Shown: piece by piece, positions 19,858 to 30,099 of the stretch
Position numbering within the stretch: the first letter of the stretch is position 1
How the letters are laid out: each line of letters starts with the position of its first letter
Notes under the pieces: model-generated
Told to the model about the DNA's origin: nothing
Databases searched by the model: none
The model's input: the letters and a program-made list of their open reading frames with translations, nothing else
Source of the DNA: Dissulfurispiraceae bacterium
Lineage (GTDB): Bacteria > Nitrospirota > Thermodesulfovibrionia > Thermodesulfovibrionales > Dissulfurispiraceae
DNA length: 60,786 bases
Direction of reading: 5' to 3'
Assembly: GCA_035319145.1 (NCBI GenBank)
Contig: DATHDH010000094.1
Coordinates: 1 to 60,786, forward strand
Program-made: the position numbers and the translations under genes

Positions 19858-22800
19858 GCGTTTTCCTCTTTCATGTGTGTTCCTGCGGCATGCTTCTTCC
19901 GCCCGGCACGCCACTGGAGATAGTTCGATTGATATTTTTCCATATAGAGATAAAACACCGGCGTTATATACAGGGTTATAATTTGTGAAAACAGCAATCC
20001 GCCGACAACGGCAAGGCCCAGCGGACGCCGGGCTTCCGCGCCAGCGCCGAGGCCGAGCGCAATAGGGAGGGTGCCCATCAAGGCTGCCATGGTCGTCATC
20101 ATGATCGGGCGGAAGCGGATTATACAGCCTTGATATATCGCGTCCTGCGGCGACTTGCCTTCCGTCCGCTGTGCTTCGAGCGCAAAATCGATCATCATGA
20201 TCGCATTCTTTTTGACGATGCCGATGAGCATGATAAGACCCACGAAGGAATAAACATTCAGTTCAAGCCTGAAAATCATGAGCGTCAGAAGCGCACCGAA
20301 GCCTGCGGCAGGCAATCCGGAAAGAATTGTGATCGGATGGATATAGCTCTCATATAGGATGCCGAGGACGATATAAATAATGACGACTGCCAGAAGGAGC
20401 AGTATCCAGAGTCCGCGGAACGAGTCCTGGAAGGCCTGGGCCGAGCCCTGGAAGCTTGTGCTTATCGTAGGCGGCAGCGATTCGCGCGCCAGTTTCGACA
20501 CTTTATCGACCGCTTCTCCAAGAGATACATCAGGCCGAGTGTTGAATGAAATGGTTACCGACGGAAATTGCCCTGAATGGTTCACGGTCAAAGGTCCCAG
20601 ATCCTCTTTCAGCGCTGCGACAGTGCTGAGGGGAACGAGCGCGCCGCTTGCCGATTTGACATACAGGAACGAAAGCGCAGCAGGATCCATCTGATAGTCC
20701 GGCAGCAGTTCCATAATGACTTGATATTGATTGCTGGGTGCGTAAATAGTGGAAACCTGCCGGGTGCTGTATGCGGTCTGGAGCGCCTCTTCGACATGCT
20801 GTGCAGATATGCCGAGCGCCGATGCCCTGTCGCGATCGATCACGACATTGACTTGAGGGTTGTTCATCTGGAGATCGCTGGTGACGTCTTGGAGGATCGG
20901 CAGCGTTGCCATTTTCGCCTCGAAAAGTCTGGCGTTCCTGTAGAGCTCTTCGGTATCGGGCGTCTGAAGAGTAAATTGATACAGGCTCTTGGTTATTCGC
21001 CCGCCGATACGGATCGACGGCATGTTTTGAATAAACATCTGGATGCCCGGCACCTGTGATACTTTAGGCCTTAACGTCTGCACCAGCTCATCTGCACTCA
21101 GTTCGCGCTCCGATCGCGGCTTGAGCTTCATGAATATCCTGCCGCTGTTGCCGGTAGCACTGACGCCGCTTGGTCCGATGGCCGACATGAAGGCCTCGAC
21201 ATTCGGGTCTTTCCTTACGATATCCATAAGCGCAAGCTGGTGTTGTTTCATTGAATCGAATGAAATTCCCTGTTTAGCCTCGGTGAATGAAAAGAGCTGT
21301 CCGGTATCCTCTGACGGCAGGAATCCCTTCGGAATGAAATAGAAGAGAATGCCGCTGGCAATAATGAGGAAGAGCGTGGAGAGCATGGTTGCCCGCCGGT
21401 GGCGCAAAGCCGCCTGGAGTGTCTTCTCATAAAAGGAGAGCATGGCCTGAAACCATCGCTCGGAGACCTGATATATCCTGCCATGTTTCTGTTCTGCCTG
21501 AGGCCTGATGAAGCGGCTGCAGAGCATCGGCGTCAGGGTGAGCGACACAAAGCCCGAAACCAGAATCGCCACGCTGATCGTCATTGCAAACTCATGCATA
21601 AGCCGGCCGAGGATGCCGCCGAGAAAGAAAACCGGGACAAAAACCGCGACGAGCGAAAGGGTCATCGAGAGGATTGTGAAGCCGATCTCTTTTGCCCCCC
21701 TGAATGCGGCCTCCAGCGGTCCTTCGCCTTTTTCCATGTGGCGCACGATGTTTTCGAGCATGACTATCGCATCGTCGACGACGAATCCCACGGCCAGTAC
21801 AAGCGCCATAAGCGAAAAGTTGTCGATGCTGTATCCGAGCATATACATTACGGCAAATGTTCCGATAATCGAGAACGGAAGGGCGAGGCTCGGAATGACG
21901 GTTGCCGACAGATTGCGAAGAAAGATGAATATGACGAGCACCACCAGGCAGACCGCCAGGAAAAGCGTGAACTTGACGTCATAAACCGAATCTTTAATCG
22001 ATACTGAACGATCATAGAGGGTGTTCACCTCTACAGAACCAGGGATTTGTTCACGCAGCGACGGCAGCAGTTTCTTGATGCTGTCGACTATCTCGATGGT
22101 GTTTGTGCCGGGTTGGCGCTGAATTGCGAGCACGATACCGCGCGTTCCGTTATACCAGGCGGCGATTTTATCATTTTCGACGCTGTCGATAACGCGGCCG
22201 AGTTCATCGAGCCGAACAGGATTGCCATTGCGGTACGCAACGATAAGCGGTCGATACGCGGCAGCGTCGTTCAGTTGTCCTGAGGCCTGGATCGAGAATG
22301 CCTGAGACTGCCCCTGCAGGGTGCCGGTCGGGAGGTTGACATTTCCCTTTGCAACGGCTGCCGCGACTTCGTCGATGCCGATTTTTCGCGAGGCGAGGGC
22401 TTTCGGGTCGAGTTGGGACCGCACCGCATATTTCTGGGCGCCGAATACCTGAACCTGTGCAACGCCGTTCAGCATTGAAATGCGCTGGGCAATGAAGGTG
22501 TCGGCATACTCATGCACTTTGTAAAGCGGAAGGACCGTTGAGCTGACAGCCAGATAGAGCACTGGCTGGTCCGCAGGGTTCACCTTTCTGAATGACGGCG
22601 GCGTTGTCATATCGGGCGGAAGCTGGCGTGCAGCCTGCGAGATCATCGCCTGGACATCCTGGGCAGCCGCATCAATGCTTCGGTCGAGGCTGAACTGGAG
22701 CGTAATCGATGTGACTCCCTGCGCATTCGACGATGTCATTGAATCAAGCCCGGCTATGGTAGAGAACTGCCGTTCCAGCGGCGTAGCAACCGAGGAGGCC

Positions 22801-22976
22801 ATGGTTTCCGGCGTCGCTCCGGGCAGATTCGCCGTGACGAGAATAGTCGGGAAATCGATATTCGGCAGGTCGCTGACCGGCAGAAGACGATAGCTTATCA
22901 GCCCGAAGAGCAGAATGGCGAACATGACCAATGAGGTCATGATGGGCCGTTTGATAAACAGTTCGGAAAGACTCAC
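19854..22976 (-). CDS. RND efflux transporter, AcrB/MdtB-C-like HAE1 family (pump 2)
   Basis: 1040 aa (MSLSELFIKRPIMTSLVMFAILLFG...). The GTG start overlaps the MFP stop (GTGA). Confidence 0.9.
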   Translation of the reverse strand: MSLSELFIKRPIMTSLVMFAILLFGLISYRLLPVSDLPNIDFPTILVTANLPGATPETMASSVATPLERQFSTIAGLDSMTSSNAQGVTSITLQFSLDRSIDAAAQDVQAMISQAARQLPPDMTTPPSFRKVNPADQPVLYLAVSSTVLPLYKVHEYADTFIAQRISMLNGVAQVQVFGAQKYAVRSQLDPKALASRKIGIDEVAAAVAKGNVNLPTGTLQGQSQAFSIQASGQLNDAAAYRPLIVAYRNGNPVRLDELGRVIDSVENDKIAAWYNGTRGIVLAIQRQPGTNTIEIVDSIKKLLPSLREQIPGSVEVNTLYDRSVSIKDSVYDVKFTLFLAVCLVVLVIFIFLRNLSATVIPSLALPFSIIGTFAVMYMLGYSIDNFSLMALVLAVGFVVDDAIVMLENIVRHMEKGEGPLEAAFRGAKEIGFTILSMTLSLVAVFVPVFFLGGILGRLMHEFAMTISVAILVSGFVSLTLTPMLCSRFIRPQAEQKHGRIYQVSERWFQAMLSFYEKTLQAALRHRRATMLSTLFLIIASGILFYFIPKGFLPSEDTGQLFSFTEAKQGISFDSMKQHQLALMDIVRKDPNVEAFMSAIGPSGVSATGNSGRIFMKLKPRSERELSADELVQTLRPKVSQVPGIQMFIQNMPSIRIGGRITKSLYQFTLQTPDTEELYRNARLFEAKMATLPILQDVTSDLQMNNPQVNVVIDRDRASALGISAQHVEEALQTAYSTRQVSTIYAPSNQYQVIMELLPDYQMDPAALSFLYVKSASGALVPLSTVAALKEDLGPLTVNHSGQFPSVTISFNTRPDVSLGEAVDKVSKLARESLPPTISTSFQGSAQAFQDSFRGLWILLLLAVVIIYIVLGILYESYIHPITILSGLPAAGFGALLTLMIFRLELNVYSFVGLIMLIGIVKKNAIMMIDFALEAQRTEGKSPQDAIYQGCIIRFRPIMMTTMAALMGTLPIALGLGAGAEARRPLGLAVVGGLLFSQIITLYITPVFYLYMEKYQSNYLQWRAGRKKHAAGTHMKEENA

Positions 22977-24142
22977 TGGGCCGCCTTTTTATCGCCCTTT
23001 TCGGATGGTACGGCGTCGACCGGCTCCTTGATCTGCACCTTCCCCCCCGGTACGACACGGAGATGCCCGTCAGTTACTATGCGCTCTCCGGGATTGAGCC
23101 CTTGCTTGACTATTGTTTCATTGCCGAAGGTGCGAGCAACGACGACCGGGCGGTTCTCCGCGCTGAGGTCTTCTTTGACGACGTAGACATATTGGCCTGA
23201 CTGTCCGGTCTGCACTGCGTCCGTAGGTATAACGACGGCACCGTCTTCAACATAAAGGCTGAGCACGGCGGTGACAAACTGGCCGGGCCAGAGGCGGTGG
23301 CCGCTGTTGACGAACGTCGCCTTTAATTTGATGGTGCCGGTTGCCGTGTCGACGGCGTTGTCGATGAATTCAAGGACACCGCGCTCAGAAGGCTGCGGGT
23401 CGGTCTTGTTGACATAAATATCAACCGGGAGTTTCTTGATCGCCATGTATTTCCGGATCTCGGCGAGTTGTTGTTCGGGCACCGCGAAGGTGACATAAAT
23501 GGGTTCAATCTGATTGATTGTGACCAAAGCCTTGTTGTCATCCGTAGCCTTGATCATGTTCCCTTCGTCGAGGAGCACGGCGCCTGCCCGACCGGAAATC
23601 GGAGAAGAGATAAAATAGTAGCTCAACTGAGTCTTCGCCGCTTCGAGATTCGCCCTGCTTGCACCGGCGACGGCCTCCAGGGCAGACGAGCTCGTCCGCG
23701 CCTGGTCATATTGCTGACGCGATATGTACCCTTTCTTTAAAAGCTCCGCATAGCGGCGCTCATCTTCGCGGGCATTTTCGAACTGCGCGACATCGCGAGC
23801 AACCGCGGCCTCGGCCTGACGAACGGCAGCCTGCTGCTGGCGCGGATCTATCGTAAAGAGGGACGCGCCTTTCTTTACGAACTGACCTTCCTTGAAATGC
23901 ACCTTGTCAAGGCGCCCTGTCACTTGTGCTTTAACAGCAACACTGGCATAGGCCTCGACATTGCCGACGGCCCTAATCTCAAAGGGAATCGCCTTCTGTA
24001 CCGTCTGCCCGACCGAGACGACCGCAGGCGGCCGCTGTGTCTTTGCCTTGCCGTCATCGCACGCAACGAGGATAATTGCGCTTGCAGCCGTACAGAGAGC
24101 GACAAGCGCCGTTTTACGTTTTATTCCCATTTGTATCTTCAT
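22973..24142 (-). CDS. RND periplasmic adaptor (MFP) lipoprotein
   Basis: Start set at ATG 24142 (MKIQMGIKRKTALVALCTAASAIILVAC lipobox) with MFP barrel-sandwich features. Confidence 0.85.
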   Translation of the reverse strand: MKIQMGIKRKTALVALCTAASAIILVACDDGKAKTQRPPAVVSVGQTVQKAIPFEIRAVGNVEAYASVAVKAQVTGRLDKVHFKEGQFVKKGASLFTIDPRQQQAAVRQAEAAVARDVAQFENAREDERRYAELLKKGYISRQQYDQARTSSSALEAVAGASRANLEAAKTQLSYYFISSPISGRAGAVLLDEGNMIKATDDNKALVTINQIEPIYVTFAVPEQQLAEIRKYMAIKKLPVDIYVNKTDPQPSERGVLEFIDNAVDTATGTIKLKATFVNSGHRLWPGQFVTAVLSLYVEDGAVVIPTDAVQTGQSGQYVYVVKEDLSAENRPVVVARTFGNETIVKQGLNPGERIVTDGHLRVVPGGKVQIKEPVDAVPSEKGDKKAAQ

Positions 24143-24220
24143 CGTATTATCCCTTTTACAGTTGAGACGCATTTTCCATGCAATAAGTTTAATTTTGTTC
24201 GTATGAAGAACATTAATCAT

Positions 24221-24263
24221 GTAAGTAATTACTAACATATTGTGCGCCAGGGGTGTTTGTCAA
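24221..24263 (-). promoter_or_regulatory. sigma70-type promoter with TetR-type operator (copy 2)
   Basis: On the minus strand: TTGACA (24263..24258), 18-nt spacer, TATGTT (24239..24234). The 20-mer GTAAGTAATTACTAACATAT (24221..24240) matches the copy at 15301..15320 at 18 of 20 positions. It contains the perfect 10-bp palindrome AGTAATTACT. Confidence 0.55.
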
Positions 24264-24391
24264 GCATCACGACGAAATTACCGTCTGAACCCTGTGTCCG
24301 AAGATAATGCAGAGATACCTCGGATGATTTTGGGGGTGACGTGCCGTATGAAGACCGTTATGTTTATTCCCCAATGCAGCGAGATAACGCC

Positions 24392-25207
24392 TCACAAAAA
24401 CTCGCTTTTTGCGCCGGCAGAAGGCAGGGCAGGGAGTTCCAACTGGCCCGGTGGCGGAGTGAATTTATCTTCAGGCGCAATTTCCGCAGGATCTTCGGTA
24501 ATCTCCGGGAGGTCCGGCGGCGCTATTCCGCGGCGCTGCATGATGGTGTAAATGATGCGGGATCGGTTTTCGACGTACCGCGATTGGCCGAGCGGATTGT
24601 ATTTGCGCGGATTGGGCAGTACTGAGGCGAGGCGCGCGGCTTCATATGGGCCAAGGGCCGACGCGGATTTCCCGTAATAGTGACGGGCGGCGGCTTCTAT
24701 GCCGAATATGCCTTCACCCCATTCGGCCACGTTCAGATAGAGTTCGAGAATCCTTTTTTTGCTGAGGGCATGCTCGATCCTCCATGTTAGGATTACTTCC
24801 TTAATTTTGCGGATAGGATTCTTCGACGGTGTCAGAAAAAGGTTCTTTGCAAGCTGCTGGCTTATCGTGCTGCCGCCGAACTTGAACTTCTTCTCCGCGA
24901 TGTCTTTTTCTACAGCCTTCTGCATCGCCTCGAAGTCGAACCCTTCATGCTGATAGAATTTGTCGTCCTCGCCGATGAGGACCGCTTTCACGAGATAGGG
25001 CGATACACGGCCAAGTCCGACCCATGACTGTGTTATTTTTATCTTCTTCCCCTGCTCGGCCCATTCGGCCTCGCGGTATTCCATAAAGGCGCTTTTTCTG
25101 GGATTATCTTTCGCGAGCCTGCCGACGTCGGGATAAACGAAATGGATCAGCGGACTCGCAAGTGCGAGCGCAAGGCAAAGGACAATGATCTTCTTGACCC
25201 ATCGCAT
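24392..25207 (-). CDS. mtgA: monofunctional peptidoglycan glycosyltransferase with Pro/Glu-rich C-terminal tail
   Basis: GT51 motifs IGEDDKFYQHEGFD, GGSTISQQLAKNLFL and RKIKEVILTWRIE, with an N-terminal TM anchor. Confidence 0.9.
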   Translation of the reverse strand: MRWVKKIIVLCLALALASPLIHFVYPDVGRLAKDNPRKSAFMEYREAEWAEQGKKIKITQSWVGLGRVSPYLVKAVLIGEDDKFYQHEGFDFEAMQKAVEKDIAEKKFKFGGSTISQQLAKNLFLTPSKNPIRKIKEVILTWRIEHALSKKRILELYLNVAEWGEGIFGIEAAARHYYGKSASALGPYEAARLASVLPNPRKYNPLGQSRYVENRSRIIYTIMQRRGIAPPDLPEITEDPAEIAPEDKFTPPPGQLELPALPSAGAKSEFL

Positions 25208-25216
25208 GTTGTGCTG

Positions 25217-27028
25217 CTACGATTTTTCCGACCTCTTCGGCCGTTTGCTGTACTCGAGCACTTTCTTGCGCAGCCTGATGGAGTGTGGAGTCGCTTCAAC
25301 CAATTCGTCTTCCTTGATGAATTCGAGAGCCTGCTCCAGGTTCATGGGACGCGGAGGAATGAGCATCAATGCATCGTCGGCGCCTGAAGCGCGCATGTTG
25401 GTCAGTTTCTTTTCCTTGGTGACGTTCACATCAAGGTCATTGTCGCGAGCATTTTCGCCGATGATCATGCCTTCATAGACATTCGTGTTTTCCCTGATGA
25501 AAAGCGTGCCGCGCGGCTGTAAATGAAATAACGCATAAATCGTCGCTGTGCCTTGTCTGTCGGCAACAAGGGCGCCCGTCTGGCGTTTGCTCATTACCCC
25601 GTGCCACGGTTCGTAGCCGTCGAAGAGGTGATTCAACAGCCCGGTGCCTTTCGTGTCAGTGAGAAATTGAGAGCGAAAGCCGATAAGCCCGCGCGACGGG
25701 ATGCGAAACTCCATGCGCACGCGGCCGTGGCCGTTGTTCTGCATCTTCTGCATGCGGCCCTTGCGCATGCCTATCTGCTGCGTAACAATGCCGACGAATT
25801 CCTCCGGCACATCAATCACAAGCAACTCCATCGGTTCATGAAGCCTGCCGTCGATTTCTTTTGTTATGGTCTCGGGCATAGAAACCGCGAGTTCGTACCC
25901 TTCGCGGCGCATCATCTCTATCAGGATTGCGAGCTGCAACTCCCCGCGGCCCATGACCTTGAATGATTCGGTCTGGCTGAAATCAACCTGGATCGCGACA
26001 TTGTAAAGCAGTTCCTTTTCGAGGCGTTCCCGAAGATTGCGCGACGTTACATATTTGCCTTCTCTCCCGGCAAAGGGCGAGGTGTTGACCGAAAATACCA
26101 TCGATATTGTGGGTTCATCGACGGTAATGCGGGGAAGCGGACGCGGCGATTCGGCATCGCTAACGGTATCGCCGATCGTGATGCCGTCAATCCCGGCTAG
26201 GGCGCAGATGTCTCCGCCCGTAACCTCTTTTGCAGGAATGCGCTCCAACCCCTGAAAGGTATAAAGCTGCGTTATCTTCGTTTTGACTGTCTCGCCCTCT
26301 TGCTTGACTACCGACACTGCATCGCCGACGCGAACGGTGCCTGCGTACAGCCGGCCTATGGCGAGCCGGCCCACATAATCATTGTAGTCAATGTTCGTCA
26401 CGAGCAGTTGCAGGACGCCTTCCGGGTCTGCGACGGGTGCCGGAATAGAGTCGACAATCAGATCAAAAAGAGGCTTCAGGTTTTCGCCCGCTTGTGCCAG
26501 GTCCAGCGTTGCCGTGCCCTTTTTTGCGTTGCTATATACGATGGGAAATTCAAGCTGGTCTTCATTCGCATCGAGATCAATGAAGAGGTCGTATACCTCG
26601 TTCAGCACCTCCTGTATGCGTGCATCGGGGCGGTCGATTTTATTAATGACGAGAATCGGCGGAAGGCTCAGTTCGAGCGCCTTCTTCAGCACAAACCTTG
26701 TTTGCGGAAGCGGACCTTCGGATGCATCGACCAGCAGCAATACCCCGTCGACCATTTTAAGAATCCGTTCAACCTCCCCGCCGAAATCTGCATGGCCGGG
26801 TGTGTCGACAATATTTATTTTGATGCCGTCATACGTTACGGCTGTGTTCTTCGCCATAATAGTGATGCCGCGCTCGCGTTCGAGTTCGTTGCTGTCCATG
26901 ACTCGTTCTTGAACTTTCTCATGCGACGCGAAAATTCCAGCCTGCTTCAGCATTCCGTCCACAAGGGTCGTCTTTCCGTGGTCGACGTGTGCGATGATTG
27001 CAATATTTCTTAAATTGTCTTGTTTCAT
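25217..27028 (-). CDS. typA: translational GTPase TypA/BipA
   Basis: [36 protein letters not shown] and NKIDR; 603 aa. Confidence 0.95.
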   Translation of the reverse strand: MKQDNLRNIAIIAHVDHGKTTLVDGMLKQAGIFASHEKVQERVMDSNELERERGITIMAKNTAVTYDGIKINIVDTPGHADFGGEVERILKMVDGVLLLVDASEGPLPQTRFVLKKALELSLPPILVINKIDRPDARIQEVLNEVYDLFIDLDANEDQLEFPIVYSNAKKGTATLDLAQAGENLKPLFDLIVDSIPAPVADPEGVLQLLVTNIDYNDYVGRLAIGRLYAGTVRVGDAVSVVKQEGETVKTKITQLYTFQGLERIPAKEVTGGDICALAGIDGITIGDTVSDAESPRPLPRITVDEPTISMVFSVNTSPFAGREGKYVTSRNLRERLEKELLYNVAIQVDFSQTESFKVMGRGELQLAILIEMMRREGYELAVSMPETITKEIDGRLHEPMELLVIDVPEEFVGIVTQQIGMRKGRMQKMQNNGHGRVRMEFRIPSRGLIGFRSQFLTDTKGTGLLNHLFDGYEPWHGVMSKRQTGALVADRQGTATIYALFHLQPRGTLFIRENTNVYEGMIIGENARDNDLDVNVTKEKKLTNMRASGADDALMLIPPRPMNLEQALEFIKEDELVEATPHSIRLRKKVLEYSKRPKRSEKS

Positions 27029-27133
27029 AATGCTCCCTGCTTTCAGCGTTTAGTAGTATTGATTGCGAAACGGACAGCGGAGAGATCCACTCTCCATCTG
27101 TTGTCACTTGTTCAGAAAGATTCGGCTGCCCGG

Positions 27134-27946
27134 TTAACCGAGGTACCACCTGAGAATGGGCGTTCCGAAAAAGAGCGACACCAGTGCGCCGCATGCGAGA
27201 AAAGGCCCGAATGGAATCTTCGTCTTTCTACCGGCTCCCTTGAAAGCCATCAATGCAAGCCCGATGAGCGCACCTGTCATACTGCCGAGCAGTGTTGTCA
27301 GAAAGACACCCTTCCAGCCGAGAAAAGCTCCGACCATGCCCATCATCTTTACATCTCCGCCGCCCATGCCGCCTTTGCTCAGTATGGCAATCAGGTAAAA
27401 GAGGCTGAACCCGAGTGCGAGGCCGATCGCCGAATTCAGAATACCGATGATTTCAAATACCGGATGCCCGCTCATGGCCTTGAAAGTCTGAAAGGGATCG
27501 GGCAGCAAAAACGTTCCTGCAAGCAGGCCGATGGCCATGCCCGGCAGGGTAATCACATCGGGAATGATCTGAAAATCGAGATCGATAAAAATGATAACGA
27601 TGAGAGACGAGATGAAAAGGAAGAGCAGCGGGAGATGCCATCCGAGTCCGAAATGATGAAAGGCCCAAAGATAAAGCCCTCCGTTGATTGCTTCGACGAG
27701 CGGATACCGTAAGGAAATGCCAGTACCGCACGAGCGGCAATTCCCGCGCAGAAGCAGAAAGTAACTGATCAGCGGGATATTGTCCCAAGGCTTAATCGGC
27801 GTCCCGCATCCAGGGCAGGCGGAGGGAGGCGAGACGATCGACTGCTCGCGCGGGATGCGGTGAATGCAGACGTTGAGAAACGATCCGACGACGAGGCCGA
27901 AAATAGTGATAAAAATCTCAGGCATTATCAGGCCTGGTGTACTCAT
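27134..27946 (-). CDS. pilD: prepilin peptidase (A24 family, PilD-type)
   Basis: Zn-finger-like CPGCG...CRSCG N-terminal region, multi-TM body and GGGDVKMMGMVG motif. ATG 27946 forms ATGA with the recG stop. Confidence 0.85.
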   Translation of the reverse strand: MSTPGLIMPEIFITIFGLVVGSFLNVCIHRIPREQSIVSPPSACPGCGTPIKPWDNIPLISYFLLLRGNCRSCGTGISLRYPLVEAINGGLYLWAFHHFGLGWHLPLLFLFISSLIVIIFIDLDFQIIPDVITLPGMAIGLLAGTFLLPDPFQTFKAMSGHPVFEIIGILNSAIGLALGFSLFYLIAILSKGGMGGGDVKMMGMVGAFLGWKGVFLTTLLGSMTGALIGLALMAFKGAGRKTKIPFGPFLACGALVSLFFGTPILRWYLG

Positions 27947-30057
27947 GCTGTAGTGAAACATTCAAGACGACCCCTCCAGAATCCGGCGGCGGCATCGCGC
28001 AGCGCCGGTACGGTGGCGAGCGCGGGATCACTGCTCATGAGTTCAAAAGCAGCGTCTCGCGCAAGCTCTACTATTTTAGCATCCCGCACGATATTCGCGA
28101 CGCGCAGATCAGGAAGTCCCGACTGGCGTGTGCCGAAGAACTCGCCCGGACCTCGCAGTGCAAGGTCTTCTTCCGCAATGCGGAATCCGTCGGTTGTCTG
28201 AACCATGATATCCAGTCTCTTTCGGGCCTCGTCTCCATGTCCGTAGGCGAGGAGTATGCAGTGCGACTGGTCGGCGCCGCGTCCGACGCGTCCGCGCAGC
28301 TGATGCAGCTGCGCAAATCCGAAGCGCTCCGCATGGATGATGACCATAAGCGTTGCATTGGGAACATCGACGCCCACTTCGATGACCGTAGTGGAAACCA
28401 GGATATCTATCCGTCTTTCCTTGAAATCGCGCATGATTGCTTCGCGTTCTCCCGGCTTCAGACGGCCATGAAGCAAGCCGACCCTGTATTCCGGAAACAT
28501 CCGTTGGAGCCCATCCGCGCCCGTTTGCGCATCTTTGAGCGAGGTTCTGTCGGACTCCTCGATGATCGGATAGACGACATATACCTGATTTTCTTTTTCG
28601 AGCGCCTTTCTTATCAGCGGATAAACGCTTTCTTTCCGGCGCTCGGGGATCAGCTTCGTCAGAATAGGTGCGCGGTAAGGGGGGAGTTCATCGATAACCG
28701 AATAGTCGAGATCGCCGTACAGGGTGAGCGCGAGCGTCCGTGGAATCGGGGTTGCCGTCATTACGAGGGTGTCCGGCATTTCGCCTTTTTTTCTGAGAAG
28801 CGCCCGCTGCATGACACCGAATCGGTGCTGCTCATCAATGACGATAAATCCGAGACGCCGGAATTGCACACCTTCCTGAATGAGGGCATGCGTGCCGACG
28901 ACGATATCCGCAGCGCCTGCCGCAATATCCTCAAGATGCCGGTTGCGCATGCTGGCCGTTTGAAGAACTATCTTGATGCCGAGCGGTTCTGCAAGGCGGG
29001 AAATCGTCATGTGATGCTGTTCCGCAAGTATTTCTGTCGGCGCCATGAGGGCTGCTTGATAACCGGCCTCGACGGCGTCGAGCATGGCAAGCAGGGCCAC
29101 GATGGTCTTTCCTGATCCGACATCTCCCTGAACAAGCCGGTGCATGGGCAACGGCACGAGCATGTCGGAGCGTATCTGCGCAAGGACACGCTGCTGGGCC
29201 CCGGTAAGAGTGAATGGCAACATCGTCACGAGTTGTCCCGCAAGTTTTCCCTCCGCATGAAATGTAATGCCGGGCTCTTTCGTCTGTTTGGCCTTGAGGC
29301 CAGCGAGCCCGAGTTGAAAAAGCAGCAGCTCTTCAAACGATAGCCTCCGGTGAGCGGGGGTTGCGCCGCGATTTAGGTCGTCAATCGACGCGGACTTGTC
29401 CGGAAAGTGCAGGGCGCGGAGTGCCTCCTGTCGTGAAGGAAACCCGAAGCGTCTAATCATGTCTTCCGGCAGGAACTCTTTGACGAGCGAAGCCAACGAT
29501 GCGACGGCATTGAAAATGATGGTGCGCATCTGTTTTTGGCTCAGCCCATCGGTCAGGGGATATATCGGAACGATTCTTCCGGTATGGATCTGCGCGCAAG
29601 CGGGATCTGCAGCATCCGCTTCAGGGTCGTCGAGAATTTCGTATTCGGGATTGATGATTTCGAGCCCCGCCCCCGAGAAGTCCCGTTTGATCGTGCCGAA
29701 AAAGATGACGGCCTGTCCCTTTTTGAAAACGCGCTGCAGATATGCCTGATTGAACCACTTGCCCTTGAGAATTCCGCTGCCGTCAGTTATAACGACCTGC
29801 AGCAGTTTCAGCCGGGGATTTTTTCGACTCGGGCTGATTATTTCGGCGGTGAGCACCTTGCCGACGACTGATTGTGCCGCGTCCGGAACAAGACGGGCAA
29901 TGCTGGCGGTTGAACAGCGATCTTCGTAACGCAGCGGAAGAAAGAACAGGGCATCTTCCACGGAATGAATGCCGAGACGGGCAAGAAGGGCCGCCTTGTG
30001 AGGGCCGACGCCCTTCAGGAATTGAGCGGGAGATGAAAGATCGGTACGGTCAGGCAT
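27943..30057 (-). CDS. recG: ATP-dependent DNA helicase RecG
   Basis: 704 aa with an N-terminal wedge/OB domain, helicase motifs GDVGSGKT and DEQHRFG, and a C-terminal TRG region. Confidence 0.95.
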   Translation of the reverse strand: MPDRTDLSSPAQFLKGVGPHKAALLARLGIHSVEDALFFLPLRYEDRCSTASIARLVPDAAQSVVGKVLTAEIISPSRKNPRLKLLQVVITDGSGILKGKWFNQAYLQRVFKKGQAVIFFGTIKRDFSGAGLEIINPEYEILDDPEADAADPACAQIHTGRIVPIYPLTDGLSQKQMRTIIFNAVASLASLVKEFLPEDMIRRFGFPSRQEALRALHFPDKSASIDDLNRGATPAHRRLSFEELLLFQLGLAGLKAKQTKEPGITFHAEGKLAGQLVTMLPFTLTGAQQRVLAQIRSDMLVPLPMHRLVQGDVGSGKTIVALLAMLDAVEAGYQAALMAPTEILAEQHHMTISRLAEPLGIKIVLQTASMRNRHLEDIAAGAADIVVGTHALIQEGVQFRRLGFIVIDEQHRFGVMQRALLRKKGEMPDTLVMTATPIPRTLALTLYGDLDYSVIDELPPYRAPILTKLIPERRKESVYPLIRKALEKENQVYVVYPIIEESDRTSLKDAQTGADGLQRMFPEYRVGLLHGRLKPGEREAIMRDFKERRIDILVSTTVIEVGVDVPNATLMVIIHAERFGFAQLHQLRGRVGRGADQSHCILLAYGHGDEARKRLDIMVQTTDGFRIAEEDLALRGPGEFFGTRQSGLPDLRVANIVRDAKIVELARDAAFELMSSDPALATVPALRDAAAGFWRGRLECFTTA

Positions 30058-30099
30058 CAGGATGAAGCCGGCCCGTATGGCCGGCTTTCCGCTAGAATG

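Noticed and set aside
27937-29115. A 392-aa plus-strand ORF.
   Set aside because: It is antisense to recG, whose helicase motifs are on the minus strand.
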